Shown here piece after piece: positions 39,472-47,633 of a stretch of 64,000 nt of DNA. Each line of letters opens with the position of its first letter. Position 1 is the first letter of the stretch. Made by a program: the position numbers and the translations under genes. This DNA is from an uncultured Rhodospirillaceae bacterium (GTDB taxonomy: Bacteria; Pseudomonadota; Alphaproteobacteria; GCA-2731375), in contig CAZPWJ010000016.1 of assembly GCA_964590195.1 (NCBI GenBank), forward strand, positions 1,477 to 65,476, written 5' to 3'. A model generated the notes under the pieces. The model searched no databases, had not been told where the DNA came from, and saw nothing but the letters and a program-made list of their open reading frames with translations.

Positions 39472-40023
39472 ATGCCCCGCATCAAGCCGCTTGCACCCAC
39501 TGAGATGGATGCCGCCCAGCGTGAATTTTACGACAATATCATGGCCGGTCCGCGCGGCAGCATGGGCGGGCCTTTCCAGGCCTGGATACACAGCCCCGAC
39601 TTCGCCGACCGGGCGCAAAAGGTTGGGGAATACTGCCGCTTCAACAGCGCCCTGGAACCACGCCTGTCGGAACTGGCCATATTGGTCACGGCGCGCCAAT
39701 GGACGGCGCAGTTCGAATGGTTCGCGCACGCCCCCATGGCCCTGGAAGGTGGTTTGTCGGCGGAAATAGTCGAGGCCCTGCGCCAGCGCCAAGCACCGGC
39801 CTTCGACCGGGCCGATGAGGCGGCGATCTATAAATTTTGCACCGAATTGTACGCCGAATGCCGCGTTTCCGATGCCACCTACGATGAAGCCAAGGCACAG
39901 TTGGGAGAACAGGGCGTGGTCGATCTGGTGGGCATTTTAGGCTATTACGCCATGGTCTCCATGACCTTGAATGTATTCGAGATGCCCCTGCCCGACGGTG
40001 TGGAACCACCACTGGAGCCGTAG
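39472..40023 (+). CDS. carboxymuconolactone decarboxylase (AhpD-like) family protein
   Basis: ATG after GGAGAG. A ~180-aa all-helical protein with a CMD-family pattern (LAILVTARQWTAQFEWFAH). Confidence 0.7.
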   Translation: MPRIKPLAPTEMDAAQREFYDNIMAGPRGSMGGPFQAWIHSPDFADRAQKVGEYCRFNSALEPRLSELAILVTARQWTAQFEWFAHAPMALEGGLSAEIVEALRQRQAPAFDRADEAAIYKFCTELYAECRVSDATYDEAKAQLGEQGVVDLVGILGYYAMVSMTLNVFEMPLPDGVEPPLEP

Positions 40024-40030
40024 TCAAGAT

Positions 40031-40312
40031 CTACCGCACTTGACGGAAATCCGGCGAAACGGGGCCGGGCCAATCCTCTACTGTCACGGACGAGACCCGG
40101 GCCGCTGGCGGGCCCTGGTGACAGTGGGCCAGCATGGCATCTACATCCCGCCGCGGCCCTGAAAACACCGCCTCGACACTGCCGTCGCCCAGATTACGCA
40201 CCCAGCCGTGCAGGCCCAGGGCCTGCGCCGTCTCCACCGTCCAGCCGCGGTACCAGACGCCCTGGACCCGGCCCTCGATCACCACCCGAACACTTTGTTT
40301 CGGGGACGGCAT
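40031..40312 (-). CDS. acyP: acylphosphatase
   Basis: 93 aa. VIEGRVQGVWYR ... GWVRNLGDGSVE acylphosphatase signatures. Confidence 0.85.
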   Translation of the reverse strand: MPSPKQSVRVVIEGRVQGVWYRGWTVETAQALGLHGWVRNLGDGSVEAVFSGPRRDVDAMLAHCHQGPPAARVSSVTVEDWPGPVSPDFRQVR

Positions 40313-40320
40313 GGGGGCGC

Positions 40321-42309
40321 CTATTCAAATTCCATGATGACGTCGTCCACCGCCAGGCTGTCGCCGGGACCCGCCTTCAGGGCAGCAACGGTACCGTCAC
40401 GCTCGGCACGCAGGATATTTTCCATTTTCATGGCCTCGACCACCGCCAAGGCCTGCCCGGCCTTGACCTCCTCGCCCTCCGCCACGGCCAGGGAAATAAT
40501 CAGGCCCGGCATGGGACAGAGCAGATATTTCGAGGTATCGGGCGGTGCCTTATGCGGCATCAAGGCTGCCAGTTCCGCCGCCCGAGGCCGGCGAACGGTA
40601 ACGCCCGCTTCGACGCCGCCGTGGCGCAACTGGAAACCGGCCGCCGCCACATCGGCCTGCACCGCCACATGACGGCCATTGACCGTACCCGTGAACAGAC
40701 GCTCGCCCGGCCGCCAATAGCTGCGCACGGCGATCAAGCGGCCATCAAGATCCACATCAAAGCCGTCTTCCACCGATGTCACCGTAACAGCATGATATTC
40801 GTCATCCAGGCCGACGACCCAATCCGTGCCGAGGGTGGGCCGGTAATGCGCCAACTGGCCATCGACCGAGGCCGCGCGGGCCGCCCGGCGCTGATGCATC
40901 AGCACACCGGCGGCCAGCAGCGCATCCAGCACCGCGCCATTGTGCGGCGCGCCGGTGAAGCCATCGGGATACTCTTCATCGATAAAGGCCGTGGTCAGGT
41001 GGCCTTCGACGAAGCGGGGATGGCTGATCAGCGCCGTTAGAAAGCTCATGTTGTGATTGATACCGCGCACGTAATAGCTATCCAGGGCGGACTGCATGGC
41101 GGCAATGGCGCCGTCTCGGTCCTGGCCCTTGGTAACCAGCTTGGCGATCATGGGATCGTAGTACATGGTAATTTCGGAACCTTCGACCACGCCGGTATCG
41201 ACCCGCACGTTTTCGGTCTCGGCAGGCGGCTTGCAGCGCACCAGGCGACCGATTGAGGGCATGAAATTGCGGAACGGATCCTCGGCATACAGGCGGCATT
41301 CAATGGCCCAGCCATCGGCCCGGACATCGGCCTGGCTCAGGCTCATGGGCTCACCCGCGGCGATGCGGATCATTTCCTCGACCAAATCGACGCCGTAGAC
41401 CATTTCAGTGACAGGGTGTTCCACCTGCAGGCGGGTATTCATTTCAAGGAAATAGAAATTCCGGTCCTTATCGACGATGAACTCCACGGTCCCGGCCGAG
41501 CGGTAATCCACGGCGCGGGCCAGGGCCACCGCCTGTTCACCCATGGCCTGGCGGGTGGCCTCGTCCAGAAACGGAGAGGGCGCCTCTTCGATAACCTTTT
41601 GATGGCGCCGCTGGATGGAACATTCGCGCTCGCCCAGATAGATGCAATTGCCATGGCCGTCGGCCAGCACCTGAATTTCGATATGGCGGGGCTGTTCAAT
41701 GAATTTCTCGGCGAAGACCCGGTCATCGGCGAAGCTGGAGCGCGCCTCGTTCCGGGCCGAGGTGAAACCTTCCCGCGCCTCGGCCTCCGTATAGGCCACG
41801 CGCATGCCCTTACCGCCGCCCCCGGCGGAGGCCTTCAACATTACCGGATAGCCCAATTGTCCAGCGACAGCCGCCGCATCGTCCTCGTCTTTCAGCACTT
41901 CCAAATGGCCCGGCACGGAATTGACGCCGGCTTCCTGTGCCAGTTTCTTGGACGCGATCTTGTCGCCCATGGCCTCGATGGCGCCCACCGGCGGACCGAT
42001 GAAGGCGACGCCCATATCCGCCAGGGCCAGGGCAAAGGCAGGATTCTCCGAAAGGAAGCCATAGCCCGGATGCACCGCTTCGGCGCCGCTGCGCTTGATG
42101 GCATCCAGGATCCGTTCGGTAACCAGATAGCTTTCCGCCGCCGGGGCCGGGCCGATGGCGATGGCTTCGTCCGCCATTTCCACATGCAGGGCGTTGGCGT
42201 CAGCCTCGGAATAGACCGCCACCGTGGCGATCCCCATGGCACGTGCGCTGCGGATAACCCGGCAGGCGATTTCGCCGCGGTTGGCGATGAGAATTTTAGA
42301 GAACATCAA
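40321..42309 (-). CDS. pccA: propionyl-CoA carboxylase alpha subunit (biotin carboxylase + biotin carboxyl carrier domain)
   Basis: MFSKILIANRGEIACRVIR... biotin carboxylase N-terminus, ATP-grasp motifs and C-terminal EAMKMEN biotinyl-lysine motif. 662 aa. Confidence 0.8.
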   Translation of the reverse strand: MMFSKILIANRGEIACRVIRSARAMGIATVAVYSEADANALHVEMADEAIAIGPAPAAESYLVTERILDAIKRSGAEAVHPGYGFLSENPAFALALADMGVAFIGPPVGAIEAMGDKIASKKLAQEAGVNSVPGHLEVLKDEDDAAAVAGQLGYPVMLKASAGGGGKGMRVAYTEAEAREGFTSARNEARSSFADDRVFAEKFIEQPRHIEIQVLADGHGNCIYLGERECSIQRRHQKVIEEAPSPFLDEATRQAMGEQAVALARAVDYRSAGTVEFIVDKDRNFYFLEMNTRLQVEHPVTEMVYGVDLVEEMIRIAAGEPMSLSQADVRADGWAIECRLYAEDPFRNFMPSIGRLVRCKPPAETENVRVDTGVVEGSEITMYYDPMIAKLVTKGQDRDGAIAAMQSALDSYYVRGINHNMSFLTALISHPRFVEGHLTTAFIDEEYPDGFTGAPHNGAVLDALLAAGVLMHQRRAARAASVDGQLAHYRPTLGTDWVVGLDDEYHAVTVTSVEDGFDVDLDGRLIAVRSYWRPGERLFTGTVNGRHVAVQADVAAAGFQLRHGGVEAGVTVRRPRAAELAALMPHKAPPDTSKYLLCPMPGLIISLAVAEGEEVKAGQALAVVEAMKMENILRAERDGTVAALKAGPGDSLAVDDVIMEFE

Positions 42310-42334
42310 TACGATACTTTCGCGTTCTAAAGTC

Positions 42335-43867
42335 CTAAAGCGGAATATTGCCGTGCTTTTTCCAGGGGTTTTCCAGCTTCTTGTTCTTCAGCATGGTCAG
42401 CGCCCTGGCGATGCGCCGGCGGGTATTATGGGGCATGATCACATCATCAATATAACCACGCTTGCCGGCAATAAAGGGGTTGGCGAAGGTATCGCTGTAT
42501 TCCTGGGTCAACTGCTCTATACGTTCGGGATTATCCAGTTCCGAGCGGAAAATAATCTCGACCGCGCCCTTGGCACCCATCACGGCGATCTCCGCCCCTG
42601 GCCAGGCGAAGTTGACATCGCCGCGCAAATGCTTCGAGGCCATGACATCATAAGCACCGCCATAGGCCTTGCGCGTAATCACCGTGACCTTGGGCACGGT
42701 GGCCTCGGCGTAGGCGTAGAGCAATTTGGCGCCATGGGTGATGATGGCGCCGTATTCCTGCGCCGTGCCGGGCAGGAAGCCAGGCACATCGACGAAGGTT
42801 ACGATGGGAATCTCGAAACAATCGCAGAAGCGCACGAAGCGCGCGCCCTTGCGCGCGGAATCGATATCCAGGCAACCGGCCAGGACCATGGGCTGGTTGG
42901 CCACGAAACCCACCGTGGCGCCATCGACACGGCCAAAGCCAATGACGATATTGCCGGCGAATTCGGGCTGAATTTCATAGAAATCGCCGTCGTCCACGAC
43001 TTTTTCCAACAGCTCCTTGATGTCATAGGGCTTGTTCGGATTGGCCGGCACCAGGGTATTGAGGGATTCTTCCGCCCGGTCGATCGGGTCGTCCGTGGGC
43101 CGGTGCGGCACGCCGCTACGGTTCGAAAGGGGCAGAAAATCAAACAACCGCCTGATTTGCGCCAGGGCCTCCACATCATTTTCGAAGGCCAGGTCGGCAA
43201 CACCGGATTTCCGGCTATGGGTCGAGGCGCCGCCCAGTTCCTCATGTGTCACCTCTTCCTGGGTCACCGTCTTCACCACGTCGGGGCCGGTGACATACAT
43301 GTACGAGCTGTCCTTGACCATGCAGATGAAGTCGGTCATCGCCGGCGAATAGACGGCGCCGCCGGCGCTGGGGCCCATGATGACAGAAATCTGCGGCACC
43401 ACGCCCGAGGCCATGACATTGCGTTGAAAAACTTCCGCATAGCCGCCCAACGAAGCGACACCTTCCTGAATGCGGGCGCCGCCGGAATCGTTCAGGCCAA
43501 TGACCGGCGCGCCGGCCTTCATGGCCTGATCCATGATCTTGCAGATTTTTTCCGCATGGGCCTCCGATAGGGAGCCGCCGAAGACGGTGAAATCCTGGCT
43601 AAAGACAAAGACCAGACGGCCATTGATGGTGCCCCAACCGGTAACCACGCCGTCGCCGGGAACACGCTGATCGGCCATGCCGAAATCTTCACAGCGATGC
43701 TCGACGAACATGTCATATTCCTCGAACGAATCGGGATCGAGCAGCATTTCCAGCCTCTCCCGCGCCGTCAATTTGCCTTTTGCATGTTGCGCCTGAATGC
43801 GTTTTTCACCGCCACCGGCGCGCGCCGCCGCGCGCTTCGCCTCAAGCTGACGCAGGATGTCCTGCAT
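42335..43867 (-). CDS. pccB: propionyl-CoA carboxylase beta subunit (carboxyltransferase)
   Basis: Resembles PccB closely from the N-terminus on ([54 protein letters not shown]...). It lies 25 nt upstream of the alpha subunit gene. Confidence 0.8.
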   Translation of the reverse strand: MQDILRQLEAKRAAARAGGGEKRIQAQHAKGKLTARERLEMLLDPDSFEEYDMFVEHRCEDFGMADQRVPGDGVVTGWGTINGRLVFVFSQDFTVFGGSLSEAHAEKICKIMDQAMKAGAPVIGLNDSGGARIQEGVASLGGYAEVFQRNVMASGVVPQISVIMGPSAGGAVYSPAMTDFICMVKDSSYMYVTGPDVVKTVTQEEVTHEELGGASTHSRKSGVADLAFENDVEALAQIRRLFDFLPLSNRSGVPHRPTDDPIDRAEESLNTLVPANPNKPYDIKELLEKVVDDGDFYEIQPEFAGNIVIGFGRVDGATVGFVANQPMVLAGCLDIDSARKGARFVRFCDCFEIPIVTFVDVPGFLPGTAQEYGAIITHGAKLLYAYAEATVPKVTVITRKAYGGAYDVMASKHLRGDVNFAWPGAEIAVMGAKGAVEIIFRSELDNPERIEQLTQEYSDTFANPFIAGKRGYIDDVIMPHNTRRRIARALTMLKNKKLENPWKKHGNIPL

Positions 43868-44000
43868 GAACCCACCACCTTCCCAACGGGATCTTGTTAC
43901 ACTGCCTGTTTGATAGCACGATACAGGGGCCGATGGGCAGCCCGATCACCGCCAATTTGTGCCGTTTGGCGAAGAAAATTTTTTTAGTAGCTGGCCGGTA

Positions 44001-46820
44001 TTATCCGTCGAGGGCGTCGCGGATCCGCTGGGCCAGCTCGGACGGGCCGAACGGTTTGCCCAACAACTCGATGCCGGGCTTCAGCCGCCCCTGGTCGACA
44101 AAGGCATCACGGGCATAGCCGGACATGAACAGGGTCTTTAGAGCAGGATAGTCAGCACTGGCCAGATCCACCATTTGTTGTCCGTTCATTCCGCCTGGCA
44201 GCAATACATCGGTCAACAGAAGGTCAATATTGGGATTTCGGGCTAGTTGTTTCAGTCCTTCGGCTCCGGTGCTGGCCAGCAGCACCTCATAGCCCAATCT
44301 CCGCAATATCATCGAAACCATTACCTGCACATCACGTTCGTCCTCCACGACCAGGATAACTTCCCGTTTGCCGGTGCGGGCGGGTTGATCGTCGGCCGGC
44401 CGCCATGGCGGTTCCTCGTCCCCCTCCGCCAAGGCCGAAAGGAATATTCGAAACGTCGTGCCGGTGCCCTTGGCCGAATCCACGACGATGTGACCTTCGG
44501 ATTGTTTGACGAAGCCATAAACCATGCTCAAACCCAGGCCCGTCCCCTTGCCCACTTCCTTGGTGGTAAAAAACGGATCAAAGATCCGCGCCTGATCCTC
44601 GTCCGAGATACCGACGCCATCATCGCTGACCGCGATCATGACGTAGTCGCCGGGCAGTGCCTCGCTTGGCCTGTCGGCATCACGGGCCGTGGAAACGTTC
44701 GCGGTTTCTATACGGATCGCACCACCCTGGGGCATGGCATCACGGGCATTGATGGACAAATTCAGAATAGCCTGTTCAAGCTGCCTGGGATCAGCCAGAC
44801 AAAGGGGCAGATCAGGCGCCAGATCGAAGGAAACTTCAATATCCTCGACCAGGCTGCGCTTTATCAAGGACTCTATGCCGCGAAGCAATTCATTCGCATC
44901 CACCTGCTTTACTTCAAGCGGTTGCTGGCGCGAAAAGGCAAGCATGCGCGCGGTCAAAGAGGCCGCCTGATCAATCGCCCGCATGGTCGGCTCCAACAAT
45001 TCAGCGACCTCCGGATCTTGCTCTGGCGTTTCCTGCATCAACGAAAGATTGCCCATCATAATGGCGAGCAGATTGTTGAAATCATGCGCGATGCCGCCCG
45101 TTAATTGGCCGATGGCCTCCATCTTCTGGGCCTGGCGCAATTGGGTCTCGGCGGCCCTCAACTGGGAAACATCGACGCTGATGGTACAGACGCCGATGAC
45201 CTTGCCGCCGGCATCCGTGACCGGAAACTTATTGGCGATCAGATAATGTTGGTTACCATCGGAAAAAGTCGTTTCCCATTCTTCCGTTAGGCTTTGCCCG
45301 ATGCGAATAACCTCCTGATCCGAGGCCACGGCCCGTTCCGCGTATTCCATTGGATAAATATCACGGGTTGTCTTGCCAACGACGTCGCGCGCGGCACGCC
45401 CGGTCCATTCCTCGTAGCGGCGATTGACCAGCAGAACTCGATCCTCAAGATCCTTCAATATGATCGAGTTCGGCGAATTCTCCACCACCCTCTGGAACAG
45501 TTCCTCAAGGCGCCTGCGCTCTGAAATATCGCGCAGTGCGCCGATGTATAAGGTCCCCTGCTCCATTTCGACGCTGCTGACCGCCAATTCCAAGAATAGG
45601 TCGCGGCCATCCTGATGACGGCCAGTGACCTGGCGCGGCCCCTGCCCAAGCAATGATGAACGGCCGGTTTCCTGATGTTTGGACAGATATCCGTCATGCT
45701 TGGAACGATCAGGTTCGGCCATAAGCATCTTGATATTCTGACCAATCACTGCATGGTCCGGATAACCGAATATCCGTTCCGCCCCTTGATTGAACGACGA
45801 CACCACGCCTTTTTCATCCATGGTAATCAAGGCATCGACCATATTGGAAATGACCGTGCTGACGAATTTTTCACTTTCGCGCCCGGCGGCCTCGGCGCGA
45901 CCGCGCTCGTCCATCTCGGTCTGCAGGCGCCGGTTGCTTTTGTTTAGCGCCTGGGTTCGCTCAAGTACCCGCTCTTCAAGCGAAGCCTGGGCCATCCGCA
46001 GTTCGGCCTCGATACGCTTTTGCTTGGTGACATCTATAGAGACACCGGTCATTCGGATGGCTTGGCCACGATCATCCCGGACCACCAGGGCACGCGCATT
46101 GATGTGGCGAAGTTCGCCATTGTCCCGCCGGTATATCCGATAATCGACGTTATACTCGGCATCGTCTTCCAGCGATTTTCGCGCCGCTTCCATGACGCTA
46201 TCGACGTCGTCAGGGTGCAGGGTGCGGACAAATTCAGCTTCCATGACATCCCTGGCGGCATCGGATGGCATTCCCGACATTGCCAGCATTCGCGTATCCC
46301 AGATGTGGGTACCTTCCAGAAGGTTCCAGGTCCAGGTGCCGATTGATCCCGCATCCAGGGAAAGATTTAACCGCTCGTCGCTTTGCGTCAGAGCTTCGTC
46401 GGTCTTCACTTGCTCCGTGACATCGGCGACCAGGCAGCTGGCGCCTATAACCTTGCCTTGATCATCATGAATGGGAGAGAAGGTGCTCTGCAAAAAGACT
46501 TTCTCGCCAGATTTTATACGGCTGTCGTATTCATTGGCCTGGCCGCGCTGCGCCGTTCCGTATGCCATTGCCTGGCGCAACAGCCCTTCGATCCGTGGAC
46601 CAGCGTTCGCCATTGTCTGGCTGATGGGTTGGCCAATATGCGCTTTATCTGAAAGGCCGCTCAGGACCAGGAACATGTCATTGGCATAAACGAACCGACA
46701 TTCCAGATCGACAATGCAGAACCCAGCGGGAATCTGGTCGAAAACTTGCGCGACATTGAGCAGTTGTCGATGCGCCGTCGCAACATCCGCCACTATTCCA
46801 TCACCCACGCGACCCTGCAT
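44001..46820 (-). CDS. multi-PAS hybrid sensor histidine kinase with C-terminal receiver domain
   Basis: PAS units, an H-box (AIGQLTGGIAHDFNNLLAIMMGNL), HATPase_c, then a receiver domain (EVILVVEDERDV...DLLLTDVLLPGGMNG...KTLFMSGY). The N-terminal PAS resembles that of the 34755-37886 kinase. Confidence 0.85.
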   Translation of the reverse strand: MQGRVGDGIVADVATAHRQLLNVAQVFDQIPAGFCIVDLECRFVYANDMFLVLSGLSDKAHIGQPISQTMANAGPRIEGLLRQAMAYGTAQRGQANEYDSRIKSGEKVFLQSTFSPIHDDQGKVIGASCLVADVTEQVKTDEALTQSDERLNLSLDAGSIGTWTWNLLEGTHIWDTRMLAMSGMPSDAARDVMEAEFVRTLHPDDVDSVMEAARKSLEDDAEYNVDYRIYRRDNGELRHINARALVVRDDRGQAIRMTGVSIDVTKQKRIEAELRMAQASLEERVLERTQALNKSNRRLQTEMDERGRAEAAGRESEKFVSTVISNMVDALITMDEKGVVSSFNQGAERIFGYPDHAVIGQNIKMLMAEPDRSKHDGYLSKHQETGRSSLLGQGPRQVTGRHQDGRDLFLELAVSSVEMEQGTLYIGALRDISERRRLEELFQRVVENSPNSIILKDLEDRVLLVNRRYEEWTGRAARDVVGKTTRDIYPMEYAERAVASDQEVIRIGQSLTEEWETTFSDGNQHYLIANKFPVTDAGGKVIGVCTISVDVSQLRAAETQLRQAQKMEAIGQLTGGIAHDFNNLLAIMMGNLSLMQETPEQDPEVAELLEPTMRAIDQAASLTARMLAFSRQQPLEVKQVDANELLRGIESLIKRSLVEDIEVSFDLAPDLPLCLADPRQLEQAILNLSINARDAMPQGGAIRIETANVSTARDADRPSEALPGDYVMIAVSDDGVGISDEDQARIFDPFFTTKEVGKGTGLGLSMVYGFVKQSEGHIVVDSAKGTGTTFRIFLSALAEGDEEPPWRPADDQPARTGKREVILVVEDERDVQVMVSMILRRLGYEVLLASTGAEGLKQLARNPNIDLLLTDVLLPGGMNGQQMVDLASADYPALKTLFMSGYARDAFVDQGRLKPGIELLGKPFGPSELAQRIRDALDG

Positions 46821-46854
46821 CGGACCGTCCCATGAAAACGCGCGCCCGCTATCA

Positions 46855-46878
46855 AGCGCGACACCTAAAGGTCGCGCT
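46855..46878 (+). promoter_or_regulatory. perfect 8-bp inverted repeat (AGCGCGAC-N8-GTCGCGCT) upstream of the hybrid histidine kinase
   Basis: Seen directly in the sequence, 35-58 nt upstream of the kinase start codon. It is not followed by a T-tract on either strand, so it is more likely an operator than a terminator. Confidence 0.3.
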
Positions 46879-46934
46879 CTACTTTATACCGAACTAGGTA
46901 TTAACAAAGAATGCTTCATTTCGGCGGTAGTGGC

Positions 46935-47633
46935 TCAACCGGCGCGATGTAAATCCAAGAACTGCGCGGCAATTTCGAATTCGCCGCGCAACCCCGCCGC
47001 ATGGGCCTCGGCCTCCGCATCCAGGCCCCAACGCTCTGCCTGATAGTCATTTTCCAGACGCACGGCGGCCCAGGCCGCGGCGACGTCCAGGGCGCCGGCA
47101 CTGACCGCCAGGGCCAGAACCAGTGATCCGGCGATGGTCACCAGATCATTCATCGCGGCCAATTCCATGATGTCATGGCCATCCAGCACCCGGTGCAGGG
47201 CGGCCAGGGCGGCCCCGTCCTGGGCAATATGGCCGATACCATCGGTGGTGAGGAGACGGGCGCCATGTTCCGCCTCGGCCCAGTTCAGCCATGGCGACCA
47301 AAGCTGCTCTTGCCGTTGCACCAAATCCTCGGGCTCCGCTGCCCGATAGCACAAAAGATCGGAACCGCCGTATCCGGCCAGATTATCCACCACCGCGCCG
47401 CGCTGCCCGGCAACCAGATCAATAGCGGTATTGGCAATGCGGAACAGAGGCATGCTTTCAGGCACGATGTCTTCATCCTGCCGCCGCCACTCCTCGGCAA
47501 TTGCCTCCGCCAAGGCTTCCGCCCTGACGGCAAAGAGCGCCTTTTTTGGCGTCCGGACCGGCCGGCCATCCAGTTCGATCGTTACTCCGCTCGGCGCCGA
47601 GACAACGGCGACATCCTTGTAAAAACGCTTCAT
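46935..47633 (-). CDS. ATP12 family F1-ATPase assembly chaperone
   Basis: MKRFYKDVAV...GVTIELDGRPVRTPKK is the canonical ATP12 N-terminus. The ATG overlaps the AsmA stop (ATGA). Confidence 0.75.
   Translation of the reverse strand: MKRFYKDVAVVSAPSGVTIELDGRPVRTPKKALFAVRAEALAEAIAEEWRRQDEDIVPESMPLFRIANTAIDLVAGQRGAVVDNLAGYGGSDLLCYRAAEPEDLVQRQEQLWSPWLNWAEAEHGARLLTTDGIGHIAQDGAALAALHRVLDGHDIMELAAMNDLVTIAGSLVLALAVSAGALDVAAAWAAVRLENDYQAERWGLDAEAEAHAAGLRGEFEIAAQFLDLHRAG

Noticed and set aside
40321-43867. Possibility that the carboxylase pair is methylcrotonyl-CoA carboxylase partnering with ivd
   Set aside because: The beta subunit N-terminus ([28 protein letters not shown]...) and the alpha subunit N-terminus match propionyl-CoA carboxylase PccB/PccA rather than MccB/MccA. 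The pair also lies 11 kb from ivd on a separate transcription unit.
43868-44000. Possible terminator/promoter between the hybrid histidine kinase and pccB (T7 run at ~43975-43981)
   Set aside because: The T-run is on the plus strand while both flanking genes are on the minus strand. On the minus strand the region is A-rich with no convincing hairpin. It can only be called a probable pccB promoter region.
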